A stretch of DNA of 34,593 bases. Origin: a virus (Duplodnaviria; Caudoviricetes). The notes below the pieces were generated by a model. The model was not told the origin of the DNA and ran no database searches. It saw only the letters and a list, made by a program, of their open reading frames with translations. The stretch's first letter is position 1, and each line of letters begins with the position of its first letter. Position numbers and translations under genes: made by a program. This document shows, one piece after another, positions 1-10,939 of this stretch. The stretch spans positions 1 through 34,593 of the IMG/VR virus record IMGVR_UViG_3300030110_004897, one strand, 5' to 3'.

Positions 1-15
1 GTCAAGAAAACCCAT
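1..15 (-). CDS. 5' end of a gene running off the window (MGFLD...), probably the next structural gene
   Basis: ATG at 15, SD GAGGAG at 24-29, ATATTTAT motifs at 37-44 and 89-96 upstream on the minus strand. Confidence 0.55.
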
Positions 16-136
16 ATTTTAATCTCCTCATTATGTATAAATATATGATTTCGAAAAATTCTTTTTGATACCTTAAAACACTTCTTATATAAATATTGTG
101 TTAATTAATTTTATACCATTTTTTTATGTTTCAAAG

Positions 137-3100
137 TTATCCTTTCCCAAAGTTATCCTCCCCACCTGTAAATCTGTCCTCATAATAGCGCTCAGGATTA
201 TTCACTCTATCTTCAGATGTTGGAGAGATGTCTATTTCGGTTTCACCCTCATTCGATGTATTTATATATTCGGGTGCTATACCAGCGGTTTCGGATTCAT
301 CAAATTGTGATTCACTTTCTGGTTCAGGAACTTGTGCTGGAGGTAAAGGTAAAGTTAAACCTGCTCCACTACCAAATCTTCTATCTGCTTGTCTAACGTT
401 ATCGCTCTTATTGATTACCAATCTAGAATCTCCACCTAAACCTGGAGGTGCTTTAGCCACAGCAGTCGGTGCCGTCCCAAAGACCTCAATTGGGTCGGTT
501 GATTGGACATTATAATTACCACCTACTGCACCAATCGTTGTTTCAGGTGTATTTTTTATTCCTTCAAAAAATAATCTTCTTTGTGCGGTTGTAGTTCTAG
601 ATATAGGTTCAAAAGGTGATGGTGAAAAAGAGGATGAGTGTGCCCCACCATTTGTGGAAGTTGTTGGTTTTGATGAACCTGATAAAAACGAATCATATTG
701 GTCTTGGCCAGATGATGCTGAGAAAAATAAATCCTTTATCTCATATCTTTCTGAAAATTGAGAACCACTTACGAACTCATAAATTGCCTCTGAGAAAAAT
801 TTTGTAGGTTCATCCGCTGAGCTTCGATTTCCATAACGGACTGATGCGGTGACATAGAATCTACCCTCTCTACTATCATAAACAGATGTTTGTAACGATG
901 CCGATTCATTGAGGTAATATACCGATGATTCTCTTAATCTACTTTCAGATATCGTTCCGTCGAAAGTAGGAACACTCTGCGTAGGTAAACTAATAACAGG
1001 TCTAAAATCTGATTGTGTGACCTCTAAAATACCAACATTGATTTCGGTTTCTAAATCAACTCTTTCTTGACTTGGTAGTTTACCAATTATCTCTTTAGGT
1101 CTTTCAAAAATATTACCCTCAATCAATGTTCCTAATGTAGCCTTAGCTTTTGCTGGTATTAGTTTTTTAAATTGTTGCCACATTGATTGGTCATAATATT
1201 TGACTGTCTGTAAATAATCCCAAAAATTATTTTTCCCGGAATACTTTTGAAAATATTTATTTGATATATCTTTTAATCCTCTATACTCTAATTCAAATTG
1301 GTCACGAGGGTCACCTAAAAATTGATTAAAATCTAAATCACCTGTAGACAAAATTATATCTTCATTTACAACATCTACAGGTGAAAAATATAATCCTAAT
1401 TTATTACTCTCAATATCAAGCTCATCAAATTCAGAGATTTGTTCTTTGTTATTTCTAAACAATACATTATCGACATCCGCTTGACTGCCAGAATCTAATG
1501 TTGCTAATGAACTCGTAGAAATTGTGGATGATTCTATTCTGATTTTTTTAGCGTTTCTACGGTTTGGCCCAGCGTTCGGTATGAACATTTTCATTTCATC
1601 TTCTACCGAAGAAAAGTTTACCTCATCAGCAAATCCGACTGCGCTACCCGTAATAAATGAACTACCAGTTGAAGAAAATGTTGTTTGGTCAGGAGCGACG
1701 TTAGGTATGTTTGTATCGGTGCTTAAATTTTTATTATCATCAAAAGAAAATCTGACAGGCAATTCTGTGAAAGATGCTGATGGATGATTTCCATTGATTG
1801 CTTTTGGAGCTGCTACGTGATTGTTGAATTTGCTCTCCATCAAAGGAGTTGTCCATAATCTAAACTCCATCAATGAACCGCTAAGTGGCGCACCAAACTC
1901 TGCGCTACCACTACCACCTATAAATAGATGACCACTACCTGACCAACTACCATTATAAGAATGTGAAGCCTCAACGGAACCATCAATCAATAAACTATTT
2001 TTGGATTCATATTGTATTTCACTTCTTCCAGCATCATATTTTTTTACTAATAATTCATAATTGTAGGCAGTAGAAACATCATCACTAATATCATCATCCA
2101 ATCCATAAGCAGTGCTGCCTGTGACTAAGGTTAGATTATCATAAAAAACAGTATCATTTTCTCTTTGATTTTTTAATCTTAAAGATAGGGTAATTGTACG
2201 AGGATTACTAACCGTTCTTCTAACCTGTAATCTTTTGAAATCTGTTGTTATATGTTCAAAATCTGTTTCAGCGAACTCCACCACATTTTCAGCTGAATCT
2301 AATTCGAATAATTGTAATTGTACCTTAGCGTCACCTTTTTCCATATTATTACTAGCGCTAGCCGCTACCTGAGCTGAAAATTCAACCTCCTTACCTAAAG
2401 AAGCTGATATGAATGATGCGCCAACGCCTTTATGATTGAGAGTAAAAGAATCCTCTGCGGTTGCCGTATGTCTAAGACTAAACTCACTTAGTTTCTCAGA
2501 ACCGCTATGTGATGTTAAAGTTCCGTTTCTTGCACCATCAGCAAAAATAGTGCCTGCTAATGATTGTGTAAAGGGTGTAATATGGTTATGTGAGATAATC
2601 TTTTTTCTTAACATCACCGAATAAAAATCATTATCATAAATCGGTAACAACGAAGAACTAATTTCTTTATAACCACTAGAGCCAGATATCATAAAAGAAA
2701 CAAATCCTTTATTATCAATAGAACCATTATCTTTTAAACGTAACGCCCATTTATTATCTTTTTGAACCAAAGTCTGATTTGAACCTGTTGGAGATTTGAA
2801 TCTTATCTCAACTGTATGAGGTTTTACAGAATTTACATTCTCCCACGATGATGATACAAATTGTCCACTTTTAAAATCTAATGATTTTGTAAACTTTTTC
2901 TTAATATCAAACGTAGCCTCACTACCTGAAAAATTAAGACCACCATATTCCTTAATTCTTAGTATTGTTGAGGGTATTCCATAACAAGCCACCAATGCTT
3001 TTAATGCCTTAGCAGTACCTTTTGTTTTGAGGAAGTATGGTATATTTAGTAGTATACGTTTCCAAATTTCTTTCTCAATATCTTCCTCTGCGGTTACTGA

Positions 3101-4816
3101 ATATGTGGGATAGGAAGAACCACTTGGATTCAAACCTAATTTATATTGTGATAATTCCAATAAGTCTTTACCAGAATTCAATTCCCATCCATATGACTTA
3201 GCTAAATCATAAGCTAAATCCTTTGCTAATCCCTCTGTAATTTTTTGTCGTCTATCCGTTACGTCACTTAATGCTTTTATATAAACCCATATCTCATCAA
3301 AGTATTGACCAACCATATCCATAAATCTTAAAAAAGTTTCATTCTCAGGATCTGCTTTGACGTGTTCGGGTAGTAAATTTACTAAGCGTGTCGGGTTACC
3401 ATCATCATATAAAGAAGCGGAATCTGTATTAAGACTATACCAGTTTGTGGCTAGGGATGATGTTGTATTAGCAACTCTATATGGATTGGCTAAAGTGCCT
3501 GCGCCAGATACTTTTGGCCACGCTGTATCAAAAAACTGACCTAAAGAACTTGTAGAAGCTGAAGAACTTTGTTGATACAAATATCTTTCATATCCGTCAA
3601 AATTGTTAATAACCTCATCACGTTTATTCTCTATGCTTCTAATATCGTTATCACTTCCACTAAAAGATAATAATGATTGGCTCTCCTCATTATAACTTTG
3701 AATGGATTCTAACTTTAATTTGAAATTTTTAACTCTTTCATTAGCCGAACCAAAGTGGGTAAAATTTTCGTAATTGTTATAATCAATGTTTAAATTAACT
3801 GATGTGCTACCACTAAGTAAATTATTTCTCAAAGTGTTTTCTACAAATGTTGAGCCCGAACCTATCAATGTATTATAATTTTTAAAATCAGTTGGTCTTT
3901 TTTGTACAGGACTTTCTAAAGAATCTTTATTAGGTTGTCTTAAAACAAAATCCCCTAAATCTGATTCTTGAAATTCAACGAGTTTTACTCTCTCAACTAT
4001 GGGTGGAATCATCTCCCTTACGACATAAGCATTATCTTTTACGTTTACAGATTCATCGATTGGATTATATGTTTTGTAAATTATCGAGTTAGGTCGGTTT
4101 GGAAAGGTATTTGTATCGGATTCATAATTTATTGCGAGTGATGTTCTATCATTACCGAAACGTAACAATGTCGTAAAGTCTTTTATGTTCTGAAATTTTT
4201 TCTTTATTACCCATTTTGGTTTAGCAGCTAGATTGGTTTGTTTTACTCCAGCTAAAATTTTTCCATAGTTATTTATAGACCTATCAACAACTACTTTTGT
4301 TGGGCTGATGTATTCGATTATTTTTCCTCTATATGGTGAGAAAATTCCATTTTCTACAAAAGCTCTGGTAATATTCGGTTCTACTATTTGTACGGGCAAT
4401 TCATAAACTAACTTTAGATTTGGGTTCGTGGATGAAGAAGCATTTACACGAACAATATATTCACCTAAACCAGCTCCGTTTTGTTCTATAAAAAATATTT
4501 TTTCAAATCTATTATTGTTTGCTTGGTCGGAGTTTACTATATCACCATTAGGGTGGACAACGCTCCATTTATATGTATCGGGTGTATCACCCTCAATGTA
4601 ATTTAGTCTTAACTCAAATGTAATTGGAAATGAAGGTGCTTGTTCTTCGTTTCTTATAGTTGCAGTTCCATAAACAACACCGTTTACCAATCTAACATTT
4701 TTAGCGTTTGGATGTTCTGATGTGAGTGGTACAATAGCACTATTTTGTAGTAAATCTAAAGCAGAATCAGTTTGTCCGCCTGTGTTACTTCTAAATGATG
4801 GGTATTTTATTGGCAT
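137..4816 (-). CDS. Large virion/baseplate protein (T4 gp7-like wedge region plus LamG/carbohydrate-binding-like beta domains)
   Basis: 1559-aa ORF; segment F..FMDMVGQYFD...YFLKTKGT..ALKAL resembles gp7-type wedge proteins; LamG-like motifs (TVEIRFK, LFIGG, SGSLMEFRLW); lies in the baseplate operon. Confidence 0.65.
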   Translation of the reverse strand: MPIKYPSFRSNTGGQTDSALDLLQNSAIVPLTSEHPNAKNVRLVNGVVYGTATIRNEEQAPSFPITFELRLNYIEGDTPDTYKWSVVHPNGDIVNSDQANNNRFEKIFFIEQNGAGLGEYIVRVNASSSTNPNLKLVYELPVQIVEPNITRAFVENGIFSPYRGKIIEYISPTKVVVDRSINNYGKILAGVKQTNLAAKPKWVIKKKFQNIKDFTTLLRFGNDRTSLAINYESDTNTFPNRPNSIIYKTYNPIDESVNVKDNAYVVREMIPPIVERVKLVEFQESDLGDFVLRQPNKDSLESPVQKRPTDFKNYNTLIGSGSTFVENTLRNNLLSGSTSVNLNIDYNNYENFTHFGSANERVKNFKLKLESIQSYNEESQSLLSFSGSDNDIRSIENKRDEVINNFDGYERYLYQQSSSASTSSLGQFFDTAWPKVSGAGTLANPYRVANTTSSLATNWYSLNTDSASLYDDGNPTRLVNLLPEHVKADPENETFLRFMDMVGQYFDEIWVYIKALSDVTDRRQKITEGLAKDLAYDLAKSYGWELNSGKDLLELSQYKLGLNPSGSSYPTYSVTAEEDIEKEIWKRILLNIPYFLKTKGTAKALKALVACYGIPSTILRIKEYGGLNFSGSEATFDIKKKFTKSLDFKSGQFVSSSWENVNSVKPHTVEIRFKSPTGSNQTLVQKDNKWALRLKDNGSIDNKGFVSFMISGSSGYKEISSSLLPIYDNDFYSVMLRKKIISHNHITPFTQSLAGTIFADGARNGTLTSHSGSEKLSEFSLRHTATAEDSFTLNHKGVGASFISASLGKEVEFSAQVAASASNNMEKGDAKVQLQLFELDSAENVVEFAETDFEHITTDFKRLQVRRTVSNPRTITLSLRLKNQRENDTVFYDNLTLVTGSTAYGLDDDISDDVSTAYNYELLVKKYDAGRSEIQYESKNSLLIDGSVEASHSYNGSWSGSGHLFIGGSGSAEFGAPLSGSLMEFRLWTTPLMESKFNNHVAAPKAINGNHPSASFTELPVRFSFDDNKNLSTDTNIPNVAPDQTTFSSTGSSFITGSAVGFADEVNFSSVEDEMKMFIPNAGPNRRNAKKIRIESSTISTSSLATLDSGSQADVDNVLFRNNKEQISEFDELDIESNKLGLYFSPVDVVNEDIILSTGDLDFNQFLGDPRDQFELEYRGLKDISNKYFQKYSGKNNFWDYLQTVKYYDQSMWQQFKKLIPAKAKATLGTLIEGNIFERPKEIIGKLPSQERVDLETEINVGILEVTQSDFRPVISLPTQSVPTFDGTISESRLRESSVYYLNESASLQTSVYDSREGRFYVTASVRYGNRSSADEPTKFFSEAIYEFVSGSQFSERYEIKDLFFSASSGQDQYDSFLSGSSKPTTSTNGGAHSSSFSPSPFEPISRTTTAQRRLFFEGIKNTPETTIGAVGGNYNVQSTDPIEVFGTAPTAVAKAPPGLGGDSRLVINKSDNVRQADRRFGSGAGLTLPLPPAQVPEPESESQFDESETAGIAPEYINTSNEGETEIDISPTSEDRVNNPERYYEDRFTGGEDNFGKG

Positions 4817-4821
4817 AATCC

Positions 4822-6510
4822 TTAACCCTCATCCTGTTCGTTAACGCTTCTAATAAAACTTTTTAAAGACCTAAAGTTATCGATTGTGTCGTTATCCCCC
4901 TCTTTACCATATCTTGGGATAACCATAAAGTATTGTTGTTTTTTAGCTCTTAAAACTCTTTTTCTAATTCCGTAATTAAATGTGACCGCAACCTCAACAT
5001 CATAAATACCCGGTTGTGTGAATTGGATAATCGTAGAATAAAATTTATCGGCTACCGTAAGTATTCCATCACTAGATACCACCCTAGCCCCAAATTCATT
5101 TATGGTGGTTGGTAATCCAGCCGCATCAATCAAAAGTGGATTTTTACCAATCTGACTTCTACCAAATATATTCCGTGTGGTGAATCCTAACTTACTACTC
5201 ACCGAAGTGGGTAGTTTTGATATTTCGCTATAAAATTGTCTTATGTTGGCTTTTTTACTAACAACATTTCCTTTGAATGCGTTGTTGTCTGGCCTACCTA
5301 AATTTGTAAACTTCCACTCTATAGACTCTGGTTGTAGGTCGGTCGAAGAATCAACATACGCTGTAAAATAAATTCCATTTTGGTCTGCGCCCTTTAGAGA
5401 GGCAAACGCTCTACCTTTGAAAAAATTATTACCATTAGTTCTGAAGACCTCTTCAGCTAATTCTTTTTTTGCATTACCACCTTTACCAATAGGAAACTTT
5501 TTAAAGTGCATATTATACATTTGGTCTTTATTGAGAAGGTCTGGCCCCTTTACACCATCTATATTATAAGTTATATTTTCCCCTATCGGGCCTCTAAGAA
5601 TAAATGGTCTATCATCTACTTGGGGTAGATTCGAACCCTCCAAAGGAGGAAACTTAACACCAACAAAATTACGACTATTTCGTGGAACGTTTTGACCAAA
5701 GTTTACGTTATGTGTTAAGAAAAAATCGGGCGCAAAATTAATTGAGTTTTCAACATCATTTCCGTGAAAATAAACGTCATTAATTGATATTTCAGAACCC
5801 ACCATATCTGGTGTAAACCCGACATCATTACCTTTTAGTTCTAAATTTAATAGTGTTGAATCACCCTGCCCAAGACCGCCATTAGGAGTTAGTTCATCTA
5901 ATCCTTTGCCCAATGATACAAAATCAAATCCCTCACTTAATCTTATGGGGTCGGATGTTACATATGTGTTATCAGATTGTAAATTTTCGAAATCACCTAA
6001 ATATTTTTCGTTTTTAATTCTTAATGGTGCTATTCTGACTTCAGTCCTATCACCGGAAATTTCGTGTATGAAAAATTTATTATCCACCAACTCCAATTTT
6101 CTGTTCGTCCCATCGCTAGCAATTATCTTACCAAAAGCATCAAATTCAAAAGGCCCATCATAAATGTTAGATTCTTCGTCGATTAATAGTTTAGATTCCG
6201 AACCTGCTAGTTCTCTGAAAAAATTATATTCAACTTTATACTCACCACTTTGATAACCTAATGACCTTAAGTCACCACCTGGTTTTAATTCCACATTTCC
6301 ATTATCAACACTAAAATTTTCATTAGTTATTTTGTGTGATTGTATAAAATTATCATCCAAATCATAGATGTTTAATTCTATGAAATCCCGTGGGTCATCT
6401 CCAAATGATGGTTTGTTATAAGAATCAAATTGTCCTATTACACGTGATTGACCCTGCTTTATTAAGTCTAAATCTTTTTTATTAAATCTGGTTCTGTTTT
6501 CTAAAGGCAT
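4822..6510 (-). CDS. Putative virion structural protein
   Basis: 562-aa ORF, start overlaps the upstream stop, within the baseplate operon; C-terminal Ig/PKD-like motif (FTQPGIYDVEVAV). Confidence 0.6.
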   Translation of the reverse strand: MPLENRTRFNKKDLDLIKQGQSRVIGQFDSYNKPSFGDDPRDFIELNIYDLDDNFIQSHKITNENFSVDNGNVELKPGGDLRSLGYQSGEYKVEYNFFRELAGSESKLLIDEESNIYDGPFEFDAFGKIIASDGTNRKLELVDNKFFIHEISGDRTEVRIAPLRIKNEKYLGDFENLQSDNTYVTSDPIRLSEGFDFVSLGKGLDELTPNGGLGQGDSTLLNLELKGNDVGFTPDMVGSEISINDVYFHGNDVENSINFAPDFFLTHNVNFGQNVPRNSRNFVGVKFPPLEGSNLPQVDDRPFILRGPIGENITYNIDGVKGPDLLNKDQMYNMHFKKFPIGKGGNAKKELAEEVFRTNGNNFFKGRAFASLKGADQNGIYFTAYVDSSTDLQPESIEWKFTNLGRPDNNAFKGNVVSKKANIRQFYSEISKLPTSVSSKLGFTTRNIFGRSQIGKNPLLIDAAGLPTTINEFGARVVSSDGILTVADKFYSTIIQFTQPGIYDVEVAVTFNYGIRKRVLRAKKQQYFMVIPRYGKEGDNDTIDNFRSLKSFIRSVNEQDEG

Positions 6511-7310
6511 TATGTATATCCTCCACTACCACCACTATCATCTCTATCTGAATATCTTTGTTCCTGAGTATCATATAACCTTTCTATATCCTCAGGCGTT
6601 GTTGCATCATCGGAGTTTTGTGTGCCAGTAGTTGAACCTCCGCTAGTCTGTTCGCCAGTTTGATTCGTCTCTGGTAAATCAGAAAAGTAAAATGGCATAT
6701 TAGCACCATTTGGTATAGCATTCAAATCATTCAATCTAATTCTAATGATAGGTATATCGTCTGCTACGACACCGCCTGTAAAAAGTATATCCTCATAAGA
6801 TTTAAATATTTCTATATTCAAAAAGTTTCTTTTTCTATTATTGGCTAAAAGATATCTTTGCGATAAATCTTTATCTGATATTATCATACCATTTTGTAAT
6901 TGAATTGTTTGTTCACCCTCCTCCGGCAAAGGGTCAATTGTAGCGACACCTAAATCTTGTCCTCCGACCGCCAACGAATTTATATTTCTATTTATTATTC
7001 TTTCGAGCGTTACATCATTCCTATATCTAAAGGTTTCGGATTCGTGGTCAGGTGGTGATTGTGTATTGGGAGGGCCAATCACTAATATTTCGGATGGTGA
7101 ATTTCTTACTTGACCTATCATAGACTCATCAACCTCCTCTTCAAATGAAACAAAGGTGCCTGCGGAGTTTCTTATTGGACGAGATAAAGAGCGAGATACA
7201 ACACTCTCACCATAAGCAGTGCTTATCTTATCGTAGTATTCCCTTTTATCTTGTTCTCTTAAATTTTGAAAAAAATCATAAGACTGAAGCTCTTCATTTG
7301 TGTAAGGCAT
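6510..7310 (-). CDS. Hypothetical (probably structural) protein
   Basis: 266-aa ORF packed tightly in the operon; acidic low-complexity C-terminus. Confidence 0.6.
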   Translation of the reverse strand: MPYTNEELQSYDFFQNLREQDKREYYDKISTAYGESVVSRSLSRPIRNSAGTFVSFEEEVDESMIGQVRNSPSEILVIGPPNTQSPPDHESETFRYRNDVTLERIINRNINSLAVGGQDLGVATIDPLPEEGEQTIQLQNGMIISDKDLSQRYLLANNRKRNFLNIEIFKSYEDILFTGGVVADDIPIIRIRLNDLNAIPNGANMPFYFSDLPETNQTGEQTSGGSTTGTQNSDDATTPEDIERLYDTQEQRYSDRDDSGGSGGYT

Positions 7311-7313
7311 TTA

Positions 7314-8435
7314 TTATCTACTCACTTTAAATATAAAATCATTGTCGATAAATTGGTCGGTTCGGGTAGCTCCACTTCCGCTAACAACTCTATATAAAAC
7401 TCTGTAGTGTCTTTCAGGCTGAAACGCATTCATATCTAATCTGAAAAAATTACCATTACCATCACAACTTAAGTGGGAGCCTGTGCCAAATCCAATTAGT
7501 GTGTCCTCTGAAAAAGCATCCCTTATTGAATATTGACTGCCGCTTGGTAAAAACTTTACTGATAGATTTTGTGAGCCTGTTGAAAAAGTTTTAGCTGGAA
7601 ATCTTTCTCTACCCACAACTCTTAATTTTACTATGCTATTTTCTTTATATTCTTCTCTAAGATTTTTCATATAGATTGTAACGTTATCTACGTCATCTGC
7701 TGATAATGAACTTAATGAGCCAGTATCAAATGTTGAGTCGTCCCATTCAACTTCTAATTTTGGTGGAAAAATAGTATGAGTATCGCGTGAGAAAAATTTA
7801 AATTGTCCAAATCTATCTGTGTTACCCTCCTCAACATTTGTATCGGAGTTACCAATACTACCACTTCTTTTGACAATAAATCCATTGTTGTGTAATACGA
7901 CTCCATCGTGAGAACCTGATAACCAATGCTTTACTATGTCAGTAACATTCATTCTCATATCTGATGTTTCGTGGTCGAAAGATTGTGATGCCTCATAAGT
8001 GCTACCACTTACCCATCTACCACCAGCGCTGTTACTACCACTAACCCATTGTGTACCTGTAGTTTCTCCATCTCTATATCTCCAACTACAACCCTCTGTT
8101 GTCTCTGGACTATCGCTCAATTTACCCTCTCCCTGCACCCAACTTTGACTTATTGGATAAGCGTACAAGGATTGACTTGTAATTAGTTCTGTTGATGCTG
8201 CGTCGAATAAATTTAAGAAATAATTAGCGTCCGCTGGAATTGTTCCGTTAACCACCGATGAAGATATATTAGCTATATCAAATTGAATAACAACTCGACT
8301 TACATTTATGGTCTGACCAGAGTCATCCATATCTTTTCTGATTTCTAATATTTCATCTAAACCTGTATTAACACTTTGGGTGGCTTGACCCTCATATAAA
8401 GTTGAATCTTTTTGCGCGAATTCAAAAAAGTGCAT
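7314..8435 (-). CDS. Virion structural protein, DNRLRE-like beta-sandwich domain
   Basis: 373 aa; motifs SRVVIQFD, W.QGEG, MNVTDIVKHW, NNGFIVK, PKLEVEW; SD AGGAG. Confidence 0.6.
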   Translation of the reverse strand: MHFFEFAQKDSTLYEGQATQSVNTGLDEILEIRKDMDDSGQTINVSRVVIQFDIANISSSVVNGTIPADANYFLNLFDAASTELITSQSLYAYPISQSWVQGEGKLSDSPETTEGCSWRYRDGETTGTQWVSGSNSAGGRWVSGSTYEASQSFDHETSDMRMNVTDIVKHWLSGSHDGVVLHNNGFIVKRSGSIGNSDTNVEEGNTDRFGQFKFFSRDTHTIFPPKLEVEWDDSTFDTGSLSSLSADDVDNVTIYMKNLREEYKENSIVKLRVVGRERFPAKTFSTGSQNLSVKFLPSGSQYSIRDAFSEDTLIGFGTGSHLSCDGNGNFFRLDMNAFQPERHYRVLYRVVSGSGATRTDQFIDNDFIFKVSR

Positions 8436-8446
8436 TTTAGTCTCCT

Positions 8447-10453
8447 TTAGTAAGTTGTAGTGCCAATATTATTTCCAACTGCTCTACCCTCTATATCGAC
8501 GTTTGGAAACTTAACTTCGAATATTGACGGGTCTAATGAGGGATAAATAATACCATCTATTGTTGCATCATTTATATCGTATAAGTTACCTGAATAACCA
8601 CCTGATTTTTGAAATTTGTTTTCTATCAATATAGGTAAATTGTTTGGGTTATTGTCTTGTGGTGGGACAATTGAACCAACACCATCAATCAAAGATAACT
8701 TATAAGCTAAATCTGTTAAAACTATTGGTTGGTTTATTTGCCATCTATCAATATCAAAAAATCTTTTAACTTCCTCAACACATCTTAAAACAACATCATT
8801 TTTATTAAAACCGACTTTTGTTACAACGGAAAATTTTACACCGATGTTAATCACATATGGTGTTTTAATATTTACTGCATCGGTTAACGACCTAAACGAA
8901 CTTAAGTAAGTTTTTATATTTTCTTTGACTGCACGATTTACAGCCACTAAATTATTATTTTGATTGTAACCCAAAACATATAAATTTAAAGCTAATGGAT
9001 TAGGAATTCTTTCTGATATTGCCTGAACAGTTTTTCCAATGTCTTCTTCAGTAATGAATGCGTCTGATTCACGCGCTTGTGGTGATTCATTCAATTGGTC
9101 ATCTTGAACTATGTAAGCTTTTGCTACATTCCCATATCTTGGGGGTAAAGCATAAACCCTACCTATGTAATCTTGTTTTGTTACGGCTCTATTTTGTGCT
9201 TGAAAAAATGCTTTTGTATTTTCTCTTATTTCCTCAACAGTCTCTGCGCCTAAACCACCTTTGGTAGGATTTGGATTATTTACACCAACCGACTCCTTAG
9301 CAGTCTGAACTTGGGTCGAATCTAAATTTGAATCCTGTATAGCAAAGGTTATGGTGTTTATTTGGGTAATACTATCTTGTGGAGAATTATCCTGAATTCC
9401 ACCACCGAAAGAATATTTAACGGTTAAAGTTGTATTAGATGGAGCTAATCCATAAGCGCGCGTCTTTAAAAAATTTGATGGGTCAAAAGATGTTTCTAAA
9501 TTAGAAACGCCACCAGGTAATGATGAACCAACAGTATCAGGATTTGGTATAATCTCCTCATCTGGATTATCCGACACACCTGCTCCAAATCTTAATTCTG
9601 TAAAATTATCTGAACGATAGTAAGTAGTATAACGGCGAGGGGTTTTTACAACTTTCAGTAAGTAGGGCGCATCGTCCTTAAATTGACCTAAGTTTCCATC
9701 AGCATCCATACTATTTTCCACATCTTCAAAAACAGTTTCTTGCGCCAAAGAATCAACCTTTGACCAATTATTACCATCGTTATCGGTGACGCTGATAATT
9801 TCAATCACCCCTTTGTTGGCTAATTTTATCCTATCAAATTTTTGTGCATCGGTAAACGTAAATTGTTCCTCAGTAATATTACCACTCTCTATCTTACCAG
9901 TTTTTTTCAAAAGATATTTTGTTGGTAAATTAGTGGAGTCATCTTTTTCAAATATGTCTATTGTCATAGGACTTAGTGAACTACTAAATTTAAAATTGAC
10001 ATCCTCCATTGTTCTAAATATTGTGCTGGTAGTTGTTGATGAGACTAATGAATTTTCTTTGATTGTGAGCGCAAATCTCATATCTGGTTGTACATCACCC
10101 TCACCACCAATGGCAGGAACTAATTGAAAGAAATCCAAATCACCACTAGAGGGTGAACTTAGACGAGGTTTATAACCAAAAGTTTGCGCTAAAGCGAACA
10201 AAGTTTTTCTCTCCTCTGCATAAGCCAGTAATGATTCTTTAAATTGATTGTCTATGTAATATGATAATACATCTCCGACATAAGCGGCCATTTCTATGAA
10301 CATCATTCCTGGTGATGCTTCATTAAAATCATTATAGTTATTTGGGAAATATGTTTTAGCAAACTCAATCAAAGAACTTCTAAATGAAGAGAAGTCTTTG
10401 TTTAAATATCTAATATCTTTTTTAACATCGGTTTTAGTTGCCGTATATGACAT
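8447..10453 (-). CDS. Baseplate wedge subunit (T4 gp6 / baseplate J-like)
   Basis: 668 aa; KDFSSFRSSL, YVGDVLSYY, GG.GAETVEEIR, QNRAVTKQDY motifs; SD AGGAG. Confidence 0.85.
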   Translation of the reverse strand: MSYTATKTDVKKDIRYLNKDFSSFRSSLIEFAKTYFPNNYNDFNEASPGMMFIEMAAYVGDVLSYYIDNQFKESLLAYAEERKTLFALAQTFGYKPRLSSPSSGDLDFFQLVPAIGGEGDVQPDMRFALTIKENSLVSSTTTSTIFRTMEDVNFKFSSSLSPMTIDIFEKDDSTNLPTKYLLKKTGKIESGNITEEQFTFTDAQKFDRIKLANKGVIEIISVTDNDGNNWSKVDSLAQETVFEDVENSMDADGNLGQFKDDAPYLLKVVKTPRRYTTYYRSDNFTELRFGAGVSDNPDEEIIPNPDTVGSSLPGGVSNLETSFDPSNFLKTRAYGLAPSNTTLTVKYSFGGGIQDNSPQDSITQINTITFAIQDSNLDSTQVQTAKESVGVNNPNPTKGGLGAETVEEIRENTKAFFQAQNRAVTKQDYIGRVYALPPRYGNVAKAYIVQDDQLNESPQARESDAFITEEDIGKTVQAISERIPNPLALNLYVLGYNQNNNLVAVNRAVKENIKTYLSSFRSLTDAVNIKTPYVINIGVKFSVVTKVGFNKNDVVLRCVEEVKRFFDIDRWQINQPIVLTDLAYKLSLIDGVGSIVPPQDNNPNNLPILIENKFQKSGGYSGNLYDINDATIDGIIYPSLDPSIFEVKFPNVDIEGRAVGNNIGTTTY

Positions 10454-10465
10454 ATTTATCTCCTA

Positions 10466-10939
10466 TTAATACCCACCACCGCCTGTGGCGCCACCACCAC
10501 CACCGATACTACCAGCAGTTGACGTTCCACCAAAACTCACAGTAACCTCCTCTGAATCTTGTGGATTGTATTTTAAACTTATTGTTAATGTAACGTATAA
10601 TATATTTGGATTATTATTATCCTGAAAAATTTTCGTATCGTCTAAATTTACATAAGGTAACCAAGTGTTGAAGTCTTCTGTGATTTCAGTTTTAACTCTT
10701 TCCGTAAATTCCTCCACATCATCATATTGTTCAAACAATAAATTATGTAAATTAGAACCAAAGTTTGGTTGAGCAACTCTCTCACCTTTCATAGTTTTTA
10801 ACAAATTAGCCGCACTATATTTAGCTTGTTCTAAATAGGTTTGTGTCGATGAAAAGAAAGTAATATTATTGGATGGTTTTAACGGTAATTGTAATCCAAT
10901 ATAAGTATTAGGGTCTAAGTCTTTGGCTAAGGAGCTCAT
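10466..10939 (-). CDS. Baseplate wedge / sheath initiator, gp25/GPW family
   Basis: NLLKTMKGERVAQPNFGSNL..LLFE...WLPYV motif. Confidence 0.85.
   Translation of the reverse strand: MSSLAKDLDPNTYIGLQLPLKPSNNITFFSSTQTYLEQAKYSAANLLKTMKGERVAQPNFGSNLHNLLFEQYDDVEEFTERVKTEITEDFNTWLPYVNLDDTKIFQDNNNPNILYVTLTISLKYNPQDSEEVTVSFGGTSTAGSIGGGGGATGGGGY

Noticed and set aside
1-10. GTCAAG as another early promoter -35
   Set aside because: It is the CTT GAC codons of the MGFLD gene start and lacks the cassette's A-tract context
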